Under the pieces are notes generated by a model. It made no database searches and was not told where the DNA came from. It saw only the letters and a list, made by a program, of their open reading frames with translations. A program made the translations under genes and the position numbers. From Candidatus Bathyarchaeota archaeon (GTDB taxonomy: Archaea; Thermoproteota; Bathyarchaeia; Bathyarchaeales; Bathycorpusculaceae), in assembly GCA_963768425.1 (NCBI GenBank), contig CAVYHV010000008.1, positions 32,001 through 96,000 on the forward strand: a stretch of DNA of 64,000 nucleotides. The letters run 5' to 3'. Shown piece after piece: positions 44,126 to 54,547 of the stretch; the stretch's first letter is position 1, and each line of letters begins with the position of its first letter.

Positions 44126-44284
44126 GATGGGCTATCAAATCGCAAAAAACCAGTTTTCACCACTAATCTCTCAATCTACCCGTCATGCCACGCGGCGGCA
44201 TAGTCGCATTAGGAGAAAAAAACAAATGGGCAATGTCCTAACTCCAACCCGAAAAACAGAGAACAGCCACGCGACCTGTCTGGG

Positions 44285-45175
44285 ATGCTAAAGACTCTTG
44301 ACGCCGAATGCAGAAACTGCGCTCCAATAAGCGCCTTAGAATGCATAAACCGATGCCAAGTCTACAAACTCAAAAATGAGTTGAGAAAACTTCGCGAAAC
44401 AATGGATAACCCAAACTACATAAAAGAACTCTTCAATGTTCTAAAAAACGAGACAAGACTCCACATTCTTCAAGCAATCGTAAACGGCAGATACTCAGTC
44501 AGCCAACTGCAGCAGGAACTCAAAAAAACCGGACACACCCACAGCCAAGATACCATAAACGAAGAGTACCTCCAGCCGCTAATGGCGGTGGGGCTTGCCA
44601 CAGAAGCACGGGATGAATACTACGCAACCACCTTCGGCGGTCGACTAACCGAACTGCTTGAAGCTTTCCCAGAATTCGCTGAAATGCTGCCCGCCCACTC
44701 AGAATGCTACGAGGAAATACTCCTGCAATCATTATTGTCGGGGCCGAAAACGTTTGAAGACATTGAAGCCTTGATTTCGCCGAAAATTGCGTCACGAATC
44801 CTTAAGCGATTACGTTCCGTCGGCTTGATAGAAACCCCTGAGGAAAGGGACTACATCTTCTTCTTCAAATCAAAAAGGGACCCAGACAAGGAAACCTTCT
44901 CAGATACCGAACGGAAAGTTTACGATAGAATCCCGAATGAAGGAATTTCAGCTGGGAAACTTGCGAAGGAAACTGAGCTTTCCATGAGAAGAACCTACAA
45001 GTATCTGAGAGGGTTGAAAGGCAAAAAACTCATCTTCATAAGAAGAACCCCCAAAGCCTATGGGTTAACTTGCAAAGGTGAAATGTTGGCTTCGGTGCTT
45101 CAGGAGCTTCAGCTTATCGTCGAAGACACATGGAACTCTTCTGCGCAAGTAATGCAGGAAAACACCAACTCTTAG
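44285..45175 (+). CDS. multi-wHTH protein with N-terminal 4-Cys motif (true start possibly 44226 via indel)
   Basis: CRNC...ECINRC followed by three wHTH-like units. Confidence 0.8.
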   Translation: MLKTLDAECRNCAPISALECINRCQVYKLKNELRKLRETMDNPNYIKELFNVLKNETRLHILQAIVNGRYSVSQLQQELKKTGHTHSQDTINEEYLQPLMAVGLATEARDEYYATTFGGRLTELLEAFPEFAEMLPAHSECYEEILLQSLLSGPKTFEDIEALISPKIASRILKRLRSVGLIETPEERDYIFFFKSKRDPDKETFSDTERKVYDRIPNEGISAGKLAKETELSMRRTYKYLRGLKGKKLIFIRRTPKAYGLTCKGEMLASVLQELQLIVEDTWNSSAQVMQENTNS

Positions 45176-45200
45176 GAAGTCCAAAAAATTTTTTCTTTTT

Positions 45201-45686
45201 TTATCCTCCGCCAGGAGCTCCGTGGAACGGCGCGTTTTCCCAGAGCAGTTTCCACCAGTCATCTTCTGTTATGGTTTCTCCGTGAACAATGATTTCCAAG
45301 ACCATCTTCAGCATCTCATGGTGCCTGCGTTCGTCTGCCAAGATGGAGTTCAAGAGAAAAACTACTTTGTTGTTGTCAATGGTTGGGATCATTATTTCCA
45401 GCTTCTTGATGAGTTCCGACTCGATTTCAATGTGTTTTTCAACAAGTTTTCTCTGCTCATCCAAGTTATCCTGCGTTAACGCGGTGGATGCTCCAGTGAG
45501 AAGGGTAACTGCTGACATGTAGAGTTCAGCGTGCTTTATAGAATCAAGCGAGACCCCTTTTAGAACGCCTTTGACAGCCGGGTTCTTCATGCTCAGCAAC
45601 GGTTTCTCAAGGGAAGCCACTATGTCTTTTTCAACTTTGATCTGGTTTTTCAAGAATTCAAGGAGATTATCCTTAGGTTTTTCCAT
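45201..45686 (-). CDS. ferritin-like diiron four-helix protein
   Basis: E..DSIKH and E..DERRHH ligand pattern; C-terminal DDWW...PFHGAPGG. Confidence 0.85.
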   Translation of the reverse strand: MEKPKDNLLEFLKNQIKVEKDIVASLEKPLLSMKNPAVKGVLKGVSLDSIKHAELYMSAVTLLTGASTALTQDNLDEQRKLVEKHIEIESELIKKLEIMIPTIDNNKVVFLLNSILADERRHHEMLKMVLEIIVHGETITEDDWWKLLWENAPFHGAPGGG

Positions 45687-45709
45687 AAAAATTCTCCTAT
45701 CCGCTTATG

Positions 45710-46155
45710 TTAAGCCTTGCTCATCAAGTTTTCGGAAACTCTTTTTCCGAGGTCTCTGCAGTCGGTCAGCGTTTTTTGGTCTGGCAGGTACCTTGCGAGC
45801 AAAGGCGGTTCAGTTACTTGCATCTCAAACTTGAACTTCATGATTTCCACGACTAGCTTAGGTGCTTCGCCAGTCCACCCGTAGGAACCGAAAGCCGCTC
45901 CGACTTTGCCTTTCAAGTTTATGCCTTTTGCGGCTGCTTCCTCAAAGAGGTTCTTGAATTCAACTGCCATCTCATGATGATAAGTTGGTGTTCCCACAAG
46001 AATCGCCTCAAAGGCGTGCCAGATCTTCTGGTTCGACATGATAACTCAATTCAACATTAACGTCATCGTTGATTCTTTGCGCCTTCCGCTACGGCTTTGG
46101 CCATCCTCTCAGTGTTACCTGTTCTGCTATAATATAAAATGAGAATTTGCTTCAT
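45710..46155 (-). CDS. flavodoxin domain protein (1 indel)
   Basis: YYSRTGNTERMA, GTPTY, AFGSYGW. Confidence 0.9.
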
Positions 46156-46350
46156 AAAACAAAATGCGGCTGGAAACTATTTCAATATTTTGTCTAGCTT
46201 CTAAAGAAACACGAGGTTAAGTGGGAAAGAAACTATGTTATTCAAACGGGACGAAATTAACTCTTCCTCAGCTTCAGTTAATAGCCTGATATAGTTCCGA
46301 AGTAGGAAACTTTAAAAATTAAGCAAAGAAAACAGGTTTTTCAGGTTGCT

Positions 46351-46616
46351 TTACTCGATTTTTCCTATTTCTTTAGTTATGTCTATCGGCGACTTGTAGG
46401 TTTTACTCGGCAGCCTTTTCAGCATGTCCATCACGTTGTCCGGCGCTTTTTTGTCCGATGCCTTATCTATCAGGTTCTTTTTTTCAGCCGGGAAATGAAT
46501 GCCCGCGAGAAATTTTTCAACGATAGCTGGGCTTACGTGACCGGATTTTCCTGCTCTGCTTGTGTATTGGTGCCTCGTTCCTTTACCTTTACTTATTCCT
46601 CTGCGTTTTAAGACAT
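46351..46616 (-). CDS. DUF2795 domain protein (start uncertain, probable indel)
   Basis: SPAIVEKFLAGIHFPAEKKNLI..A....APDNV...LKRLPSKTYKSPIDI. Confidence 0.8.
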
Positions 46617-46667
46617 TTTGACTACTCGTATTTTCACCTCCTACCCTTAAACGTGTCCAACAAAACG

Positions 46668-46853
46668 CTAAACGTTAATTGTTATCTCGTCTTCGTGTTC
46701 TTTTCCTTCCTGAATAAGCCTGCGAACCCTTTGCCCGCCCTTACTGCCTATTTCACTGTAGAATTCGCGTCCATGGGTTTGAGAGGTTTTTTCTCCGCCT
46801 AAGCGTCCTGCTTCTTGAACCGTCATCTTCCCTTTTCTTTTATCTTTGGCCAA
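46668..46853 (-). CDS. GsiB/KGG (LEA group 1-like) stress protein 1
   Basis: KMTVQEAGRLGGEKTSQTHGREFYSEIGSKGG; GGAGGTGA RBS. Confidence 0.9.
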   Translation of the reverse strand: MAKDKRKGKMTVQEAGRLGGEKTSQTHGREFYSEIGSKGGQRVRRLIQEGKEHEDEITINV

Positions 46854-47019
46854 AGTATTCACCTCCAGCTACAGGAACAAAATTGAAAATCGAAAAACCA
46901 TTACCATGAATCCAAACAATTCGTTTGTCCGAAAACAGGGTTTAAGCACTGTTTTAATGAAAACCACCCCGAAATTCAAGGTAATTATAACAATCAAAAA
47001 GATCGAACAACTGCATTAT

Positions 47020-47208
47020 TTATTCTTGCTCATGCTCTTTTCCCGCCTGAATAAGATTACGGACTCTTTGTCCACCTTTTGGCCCACCTATCTTTCCGCC
47101 TTTCCGGCCTATTTCACTATAGAATTTTTCTCCATGGGTCTCAGATGTTCGCAGTCCACCTTTTCTTCCAGCCTCTTCAACCGTCATTTTGCCTTTTTCC
47201 TGGGACAA
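47020..47208 (-). CDS. GsiB/KGG stress protein 2
   Basis: KMTVEEAGRKGG..THGEKFYSEIGRKGG; GGAGGTGA RBS. Confidence 0.9.
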   Translation of the reverse strand: MSQEKGKMTVEEAGRKGGLRTSETHGEKFYSEIGRKGGKIGGPKGGQRVRNLIQAGKEHEQE

Positions 47209-47287
47209 CTATTTCACCTCCTAAAAAACAATAAAAACAAAATGTTCAGCTGGATCAGACAAAAAATAATTCGAAAAAATTGGACTT

Positions 47288-47602
47288 TTACTCTTCTTCA
47301 TGTTCCTTGCCTGCTTGGATCAACCTTCGGACTCTTTGCCCGCCTCTGTGTCCTGCTTCTTCAAGACTTGTTTTCCCCATTGCTTCATTTGTTCCTTCAT
47401 GCTGCTTGGCTCTTTCAGACCCGCCTTTGCTACCTATCTCACTGTAAAACTCTGGACCTCGTTCCGCAGAAACCTTCTCGCCGCCTTTTCGACCGATTTG
47501 TTCATAAAATTCGCGGCCATGAGTCGAAGCGGTTTTTTCTCCACCTTTCCTTCCTGCCTCAGCGACTGTCATTTTGCCCTTCTTTTCCTCACGCATACTC
47601 AA
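47288..47602 (-). CDS. GsiB/KGG stress protein 3 (more repeats)
   Basis: EAGRKGG, EFYEQIGRKGG, EFYSEIGSKGG, EEAGHRGG; GGAGGTGA RBS. Confidence 0.9.
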   Translation of the reverse strand: MSMREEKKGKMTVAEAGRKGGEKTASTHGREFYEQIGRKGGEKVSAERGPEFYSEIGSKGGSERAKQHEGTNEAMGKTSLEEAGHRGGQRVRRLIQAGKEHEEE

Positions 47603-47842
47603 AAACGTCACCTCCATTAGAACCGAGCAAAAGTTAATAATATAAAAAGCCAAACAACCGCTCATAAACTTATGTGGTTGTTGCATAACTGCAACATACA
47701 AACTAAGTCTTTGTATCTGTTTCTCGTCTATGAAGAAATAAACAGGAAATAGATAATTCCAAAAAGGTATTATAACAAATAAGTAAATGAGTTAATTTAA
47801 ATATTCCAAAGAAGTCAGCTCTATAATTATTGGTAACCATCA

Positions 47843-49324
47843 ATGAAAATAGTTCTCATAAATCCGCCGCAGACATTTTATCCAGGCTCGGAACCACCCG
47901 CTGGCAATCTGCCTCTCGGATTAATGTACATCGCCGCAATGCTTATCAAATCAGGTTACCAAACCGAGATTTTTGATGCTTTCATGGCTGACGGTTTATT
48001 CCAAAGAAACGGCGAAACCGTAAACGTAGGCATGTCATTCGAGCAGATAAAACGTGAAATTGATAGTCGAAAACCCGATATTTTAGGAATAGCGGGGCCG
48101 TTCACTTGCCAAATAGAAAACTCGGTTAAAATTAGCGATTTAGCTAAACAGCTTAATCCAGACATTTTAACGGTTGTAGGTGGTCCTCATGTCACTACTG
48201 TCCAGAAGGGGTTTCTGGAAGAGGCAAAAAGCGTTGACATCGCTGTAGCAGGCGAAGGCGAATACGTCATGCCTGAAATAGCAGCCTTTTTTGAAGGAAA
48301 AAAGGCTTTAAATGAAATTCTAGGCATTGCCTTTCGCCAAAATGGAGAAGTCAAAGTAAACCCTTCGAGAGATTTCATCAAAAATCTGGATGATCTTCCT
48401 TACCCAGCCTATGACTTAGTTGACATGGAGAAGTACCTGAATCCCAAAAAAATAGGCTACCGAAGCTTCAGAAAACGAGCCATATCAATGGTAACCAGTA
48501 GAGGCTGCCCGTTCAACTGCTGCTTCTGCTCAGTTCACCTTCACATGGGCAAGGGGTTCAGAGCACACTCTGCAAACTATGTCTTAAACCACATCCAATA
48601 TGTGGTTGAAAAATTTGATGTCAAGAACATTTTCTTTGAAGACGACAACTTAACCCTTGACTTGGCAAGGTTTGAAGCGATCTGTGATGGGTTGATTATG
48701 AAGAAAACTGCGATTGGTTGGGAAACCCCAAACGGCGTACGTGCTGACTGTTTAGACTTGAATTTGCTGAAGAAAATGAAGAAGTCAGGTTGCAAAAGCG
48801 TCTTTTTTGGAGTTGAGTCAGGCGACCAGCAGATACTAGATAACGTAATCTGCAAAAACTTAGACCTAAATCGCGTAGTTGAAGTTGCGAAAATCTGCAA
48901 AGACATTGACCTGAAAACGGGTGCCTTCTACATCATTGGTTTTCCAGGCGAAAAGAAAGAAAACATGCAGAAAACAGTTGATTTCGCCCTAAAACTCAAA
49001 CGGGATTATGACGTTGGTATGCACCTTTTCATGGCTACACCCTCGTACGGAACAAGACTGTACGAAGAATGCAAGTCTAAAGGATATATTCAGGAAAACT
49101 TGGGCTGGAACTCCTTTGCAGCGGCTCGTCAACCGAAAGGAATGCCTCTGATTTCCACGCCGGATTTTGCCCCTGAAGAAGTGAAAGAAATCGCTGCTAA
49201 GGCGCTTGAAGAATATAAAAAATTGTCTTTGAGGAATCATCTTAGGAATCCTCAGAGGGCTTTGAAAACGGCTTTTGAGCAGCCGCAGCTCATTTTGAAA
49301 TACATCAGGAATCTTTTCGCCTAA
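47843..49324 (+). CDS. cobalamin-binding radical SAM protein
   Basis: PLGL.YIAA and VGGPH B12 domain; TSRGCPFNCCFC; GVESG; IIGFPGE. Confidence 0.92.
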   Translation: MKIVLINPPQTFYPGSEPPAGNLPLGLMYIAAMLIKSGYQTEIFDAFMADGLFQRNGETVNVGMSFEQIKREIDSRKPDILGIAGPFTCQIENSVKISDLAKQLNPDILTVVGGPHVTTVQKGFLEEAKSVDIAVAGEGEYVMPEIAAFFEGKKALNEILGIAFRQNGEVKVNPSRDFIKNLDDLPYPAYDLVDMEKYLNPKKIGYRSFRKRAISMVTSRGCPFNCCFCSVHLHMGKGFRAHSANYVLNHIQYVVEKFDVKNIFFEDDNLTLDLARFEAICDGLIMKKTAIGWETPNGVRADCLDLNLLKKMKKSGCKSVFFGVESGDQQILDNVICKNLDLNRVVEVAKICKDIDLKTGAFYIIGFPGEKKENMQKTVDFALKLKRDYDVGMHLFMATPSYGTRLYEECKSKGYIQENLGWNSFAAARQPKGMPLISTPDFAPEEVKEIAAKALEEYKKLSLRNHLRNPQRALKTAFEQPQLILKYIRNLFA

Positions 49325-49593
49325 AACATGTAAATTTGCGATTTTTCTTATTTCTGTTCAGACCAAAAAAGTCTCTGAAATTGCTTAATAGGCGACTTCG
49401 AACTTTAAGCCGCATTTGTCGCAGGCTGTAAAGGGCTGGCGCATAAGAGATTACGTTTCAATATTTTCTTCAGTTATTGCTTAACTTGAAACAACAAACA
49501 ATCATAAACGTCAATATCAGAAAAATCCAGAACCCGCAGACTTTTCCGCTGAACTCCAATTACTTTAATATTGTCTTGTGGCGGTGTCTTGCT

Positions 49594-51983
49594 ATGATGG
49601 CAATGCAGAAACGCACCTTGCTTGCTAATTGCATTGATGTCTATAATCCTAATTCAAGCCTTTGATATGTCGGTGGCTTCAGGCAGCTCAGTTAGCACAG
49701 GTTCCAGTAGCGGCGGGTGGCCGATGTTTCGTCAAGACCCAAGCCACAGCGGCTACAACCCGGACACACCCTCAGCGAATTCTGCCCAATTGCTGTGGAA
49801 TTACTCAACTGGCAGGATGGTGCAGTCCTCCCCATCTTTTGCACAAGGCTTTGTCGTTGTGGGCTCACGAGACAGCCAAGTTTATTGTTTCAACGGTTCC
49901 ACCGGGGAAGTAATCTGGAAGTACCCAATCAGGTACGAAGTATGGTCCTCCCCAGCAATCTACGATCAATGCGTCTACGTCGGCGCCGACGACGGGTACC
50001 TTTACTGTCTTGACATTGAGACTGGGCATCCACTTTGGCGGACATTTGTCGGCGGCGAAGTACGGTCTTCCCCTGCAGTCGTCGGCGACATTGTCTACGT
50101 GAGTTCGCATAGTAACCTATGCGCCTTGAACGCTACAAACGGGAAAACGATTTGGAGTGTTCAAAACTTGAACCCAATTGATTCTTCGCCTGCAGTTTCA
50201 AACGGAGCAGTGTACATCGGCAGTGCCGACGATTGCGTTTACTCTTTTAATGCGTCCACAGGGCTCCAAATTTGGGTTCACCCACTTAGGACGTCTGACG
50301 CTTCTTCTCCCGCCGTCAACAACGGCATCGTTTACATTGGCTCTTACGATGGCTACATGTACGCCCTAAATGCTTCCACAGGCGCACAGGCTTGGAAGTA
50401 CCAGACAGCCGATGAAGTGGAATCTTCTCCAACAGTCGCTTACGGCTGCGTTTACTTTGGCTCCGACGACAACAACGTCTATTGCCTTAACTCGTCAACG
50501 GGGAGCAAAATCTGGCAGAGCGCAACCGGATATTGGGTAACATCTTCTCCGGCAGTCGCAGGCGGTAACGTTTACGTGGGCTCCCAAGACGACAACATCT
50601 ACTGTCTAAACGCCACAACAGGCGCCAAAGAATGGCTTTACCTGACAGGAAACATTATAGAATCATCACCTGCAATCGCAAACAACACTTTATACATCGG
50701 TTCAGACGACAGCAAAGTCTACGCCTTAGCCTTGACTAACGCGGCGGGTCAACTCACGGTTTCGCAACCTTCCAACCCCATATTTCTAACCACTATCGTG
50801 TTTGACGCCATCGCATGCACCATTGCCGCCTTTGCGGTTTTTGCAGTTGCTCGTTACGTTTACTTTTCTCGACGGCAGAACCGAAAAGATGAACCAAGAG
50901 ACGATTCAGAGAAAAATCTTTCCTGGCTTCAGAGGCACGCTGACGCCGTTTTCATTTTGGGGATTTTGGCTTTTTCAATGATCTTCTTCATTAACTTGGG
51001 GAGTGGCGTTCTTCAGACTTCTGATGAGCAAACGTATTCTCAATGGGCTTATCATATGTTAAAAACAGGGGATTATTTGACGCCTTGGGCTGACGGCGCC
51101 ATATCATTCGTGATTGGGAAGCCTCCATTGTTGATGTGGCTGATGTCTCTTAGCTACCAGGTTTTCGGCGTCACAAATTTTGCCTCTAGGATTTGGAGCG
51201 CAGGATTTGGTGCCTTGTCCTTGGTTATTATTTACTTTTTGGGAAAGAAACTCTATAATCGTCCAGTCGGATTCGTGTCGGCTCTCGTGTTGGGCACCTT
51301 CCTAACCTACTTCGTTTTCGCAAGGTACGCAATGACCGATGTCCCTTTAACGTGCTTCGCGGTGGCAAGCATATATTTCTTCGTTCTAAGCGAAGGGAAA
51401 GAAAATGTTGTTCGAAACGCGGTTTTTGGTGGCTTGTTTTTTGGGTTGGCGCTGATGACTAAGCAGCTCGCTGCCTTGTTGATTCCGCTAATCGTAGTTG
51501 CTTACTTGGTTGCAACGAGAAAGAGCCTGCGCTTTCTCTTCACGAAAGCTTTCAATCTCTTCTGGAGTGTTGGTATTTTGCTTTTTTCGCCTTGGCTGAT
51601 CTACATGGCCGTCCGTTTTGGGAATCAGTTTTGGCAGTGGTACTTCATCTACGCTGACGTAACAAGGTCAGCTGGCACTCTTGAGGGTCACTTTGCAGGC
51701 TACCTCTTCTACTTTAACTTCTTAGTCGCATAACGAAAACTGGCTTTGGTTAGCTCTTCTACCCATCGCCGTGGGGCTGTGTGCATACAACACTTTCTTT
51801 AGGCGCTTAAAACAGGATACACTGATTTTTCTGTGGATGGCAATCGTGCTGCTAGTGTTCTTGTTTGCACAAACAAAGATTTACTGGTATATAATGCCCG
51901 TTTTTCCAGCTTTCGCCATCGCCATTAGCAGCCTATTATACCAGCTTGCGAGCAAGATACGGCTTTTGCTTCGTCGCAAATAA
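49594..51983 (+). CDS. PQQ/BamB-like 8-bladed beta-propeller fused to an ArnT/PMT (GT-C) membrane glycosyltransferase (indels near both ends)
   Basis: Eight SSP-containing blades with TG..W motifs, then SDEQTY, KPPL, ASR, ALMTK and multiple TM segments in one frame. Confidence 0.85.
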
Positions 51984-52799
51984 TGGATTTTTAGCATATG
52001 CAAATTTTTGTTTTGATAGATAAATTGAAGTTAAGCGAATCCCGAGGATTTGTGTTAAGCATCGCTTTCCTTTTTCCCAGTAGTAAAGAAAAAGGTCTTT
52101 TACCCAGTTATGGAAGACAGAGTCAGTGCCGTAGAAGCCTGAATAGTCCATTTTTCCGTCAATTTGACGCAAGCATACACCTGCATATTTCTCGGTAAGG
52201 GCGACTATTCCGGGAAGGTCAGATAACCCCCGCAGTTCAACGTTTCTCTGCGCAACAGGCGGGCTTGCCGCTGCTACATTTTGCATTGGGATAAGCATTT
52301 TTATCTGAATTCCAGCCTCCACCTTCCTATTCATAATAGGAATCATGTACTCAGGAATCGTGCCTTCGCCTATTGCCCAAATGTATTGGGTCGCTTCAGT
52401 AAACCACTTTGAACCCTTATTCAAGCTTTCTATCGTGTCCATAAGCAACTCCGCCTTTGAAAGCTCGCTTACCCTGCTCACGAACTGGCTCGGAAACTGC
52501 GTTAAATCATGTGTCGAAAAATAGCTTTTATACTTAAAGATAAAATCCAGCGACTCTGAAATCTGAAGCACGATTTTGCCGAACTCTGCAAGAGCAAAAG
52601 CGCCGTCAGGTTGTCTATGAACCAGTGAAGCTGCACCTAGCCGTTCCAACTGCCGAAAAGCCTCTGTTGGGGTGACATCGAGTCTTCGGGCGATTTCCTG
52701 CATCTTTAGGTTTTCACCTCTTAATTCTCTTAAAATACTCAGGCGACTTCCGCTGGCAAGTTCAAAAAACAATTTTTCGAGTCCAGAATCTCTGCTCAT
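51936..52799 (-). CDS. ArsR-like wHTH regulator with C-terminal DUF1724-like domain (3' tail uncertain)
   Basis: LFFELAS.SRL.IL, EAFRQLERL, W..DLF.YYWEKGK. Confidence 0.85.
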   Translation of the reverse strand: MSRDSGLEKLFFELASGSRLSILRELRGENLKMQEIARRLDVTPTEAFRQLERLGAASLVHRQPDGAFALAEFGKIVLQISESLDFIFKYKSYFSTHDLTQFPSQFVSRVSELSKAELLMDTIESLNKGSKWFTEATQYIWAIGEGTIPEYMIPIMNRKVEAGIQIKMLIPMQNVAAASPPVAQRNVELRGLSDLPGIVALTEKYAGVCLRQIDGKMDYSGFYGTDSVFHNWVKDLFLYYWEKGKRCLTQILGIRLTSIYLSKQKFAYAKNPLFATKQKPYLARKLV

Positions 52800-52908
52800 T
52801 CTTCCACCGTGTACTGAGTTTTTTGCTCCAATGCTTACTTCTAAGCACCTGAATCAAATAAAACTAATCACAGTTAGGAAGGATTAAAGTTACCTGAGGA
52901 GAAATAAT

Positions 52909-53163
52909 ATGGGAAATATCAAGGAACGTGTGTTCTCAATTGAACTGAAGGCGAGAAGACACCTCAAAAACATCAGTTTAACCAACGGCTCGTTCGATTC
53001 AGTGCTAGTTGAAGGCACCTTAGGCGAGCTAGTGCAAGCCAGTTTCAAGGAAGGCGTAATTCTAGAAGTTATCGGCAAAAATGGCACTCTGAGAATAGAC
53101 CTCACGGAAGACGAAATCAGCAAAACAGCAGAACAAACAATAATCGAGGCAGAAGCACCATGA
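52909..53163 (+). CDS. small hypothetical protein
   Basis: 84-aa ORF with RBS, overlapping the next start. Confidence 0.75.
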   Translation: MGNIKERVFSIELKARRHLKNISLTNGSFDSVLVEGTLGELVQASFKEGVILEVIGKNGTLRIDLTEDEISKTAEQTIIEAEAP

Positions 53164-53930
53164 CTAAGACATCAGTCACCGTTGACGCGAGATGGAAAAG
53201 CCTCTATCGAATCGGCGCAATAGCTGCCTTGGTTGCCGCATTGGGTTTCCGAAGAAACATGGGTGCAGAAATGACAATGTTCTTTGGGGCAGCACCGAAA
53301 ACTGCGGCTGGCTGGTTCACGCTGCTTCAGAACAACAGTTTACTGGGGATAATTTCCCTCAACTTTTTTGACATCATTGACTACGCTCTGGTCGGCATCA
53401 TGTTTGTAGCTCTCTACGTTGCGCTCAGAAAAACCAGCCGAATTTTCGCGGCAATAGCCACCTCAATGTGTTTAACGGGAATAATTGTTTACGTTGTTTC
53501 AAGCACATCATTCAAAATGCTTTCCCTCAGCAACCAATACACCAGCGCCTCGACAGCCACGCAGAAAACAGCTTTGCTGGCAGCTGCGCAAACAGTGCTT
53601 GCAAAAGGTGTCCCTGGCGCTGGCTACCAAGGCGTAGGCGGCGTAGTCAGCATGTTTCTCATTGCTATTGCTGGCTTAGTAATATCGGTTGTAATGCTTC
53701 GGAGCAAAATCTTCTATAGAATAACGGGTTACGTGGGAATCATGGCAAGCGTCTTTGACTTGGCTTACCTCATGGGCGTCGGGTCTGTGCCATCGGCTAG
53801 TTTCAATCTGTGGTCCAGCATCTTCGTAGGCGGCGCAGGGTTACTGTTGATGATTTGGCACCTTCTTGTAGGGATAAAACTGTATAATATTGCTGGGCAA
53901 TCGAAGGTCAAAGGTGGTGATACCCAATGA
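53160..53930 (+). CDS. DUF4386-like multi-pass membrane protein
   Basis: About 6-7 TM segments; MLSLSNQY..A pattern. Confidence 0.75.
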   Translation: MTKTSVTVDARWKSLYRIGAIAALVAALGFRRNMGAEMTMFFGAAPKTAAGWFTLLQNNSLLGIISLNFFDIIDYALVGIMFVALYVALRKTSRIFAAIATSMCLTGIIVYVVSSTSFKMLSLSNQYTSASTATQKTALLAAAQTVLAKGVPGAGYQGVGGVVSMFLIAIAGLVISVVMLRSKIFYRITGYVGIMASVFDLAYLMGVGSVPSASFNLWSSIFVGGAGLLLMIWHLLVGIKLYNIAGQSKVKGGDTQ

Positions 53931-54481
53931 GTAAAGCACTTATTGTTTTCGGCACTCGCTACGGCGCAGCAGCCAGCACGTCAGAAGAGATCGCAAAAAT
54001 CATGCTCCAAAAAGGCTTCAAGGTCGATTTGAGAGACGCGAAAAAAGAAAAAGTCAAGAGCATAGCTGAATATGACCTCATCGTCGTCGGCAGCGGAATC
54101 CAAATTAACAGGTGGACAAGCGAACCTGAAGACTTCCTTAAGAAATTTCAGAAGCAACTTGCAACTAAGAAGGTGGCGCTCTTCGTCTGCTGCGGCTCAG
54201 CCTCTGATAAAAGTAAACCTGAACTGGCTGTAAATGCGAAACGGAAGTATCTTGAAGAAAAAGCTGCCAAATACAATCTGCAACCTGTCGCGTTGGGCTT
54301 GTTCGGAGGAATCTACAACTACAACAATATGCCTTGGTTTGCCAAAAAAGCAATGAACGCAGACAGACCCCGAGTAGAAGCCGCCTACAAAGAAACAGAA
54401 CCCGGAATCTATGACACAAGAGACCTCAACGCCATCCGAGCTTGGGCAGAAAAACTTGCCGATATTCCAAACTTCGCGTAG
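53927..54481 (+). CDS. flavodoxin domain protein (HemG/Flavodoxin_5-like)
   Basis: GTRYGAA, YDLIVVGSGI, DTRD..AIRAWA. Confidence 0.88.
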   Translation: MSKALIVFGTRYGAAASTSEEIAKIMLQKGFKVDLRDAKKEKVKSIAEYDLIVVGSGIQINRWTSEPEDFLKKFQKQLATKKVALFVCCGSASDKSKPELAVNAKRKYLEEKAAKYNLQPVALGLFGGIYNYNNMPWFAKKAMNADRPRVEAAYKETEPGIYDTRDLNAIRAWAEKLADIPNFA

Positions 54482-54547
54482 AGACTTTTAATGGTGAAAA
54501 TCGTGAAACTCAGCGCTGGTTAGACGAGAAATGAAGTTGAACGGCCG

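Noticed and set aside
46668-47602. Short recurring DNA repeats as a CRISPR array
   Set aside because: They are coding KGG/GsiB repeats with codon-level variation; no constant repeat/unique spacer pattern and no cas genes.
46846-47637. 263-aa plus-strand ORF
   Set aside because: Antisense shadow of the KGG genes and their intergenic DNA; F/L/S-rich with no recognisable domain.
49800-50720. ~120-bp periodic repeats
   Set aside because: These are the beta-propeller blades of the PQQ-like domain.
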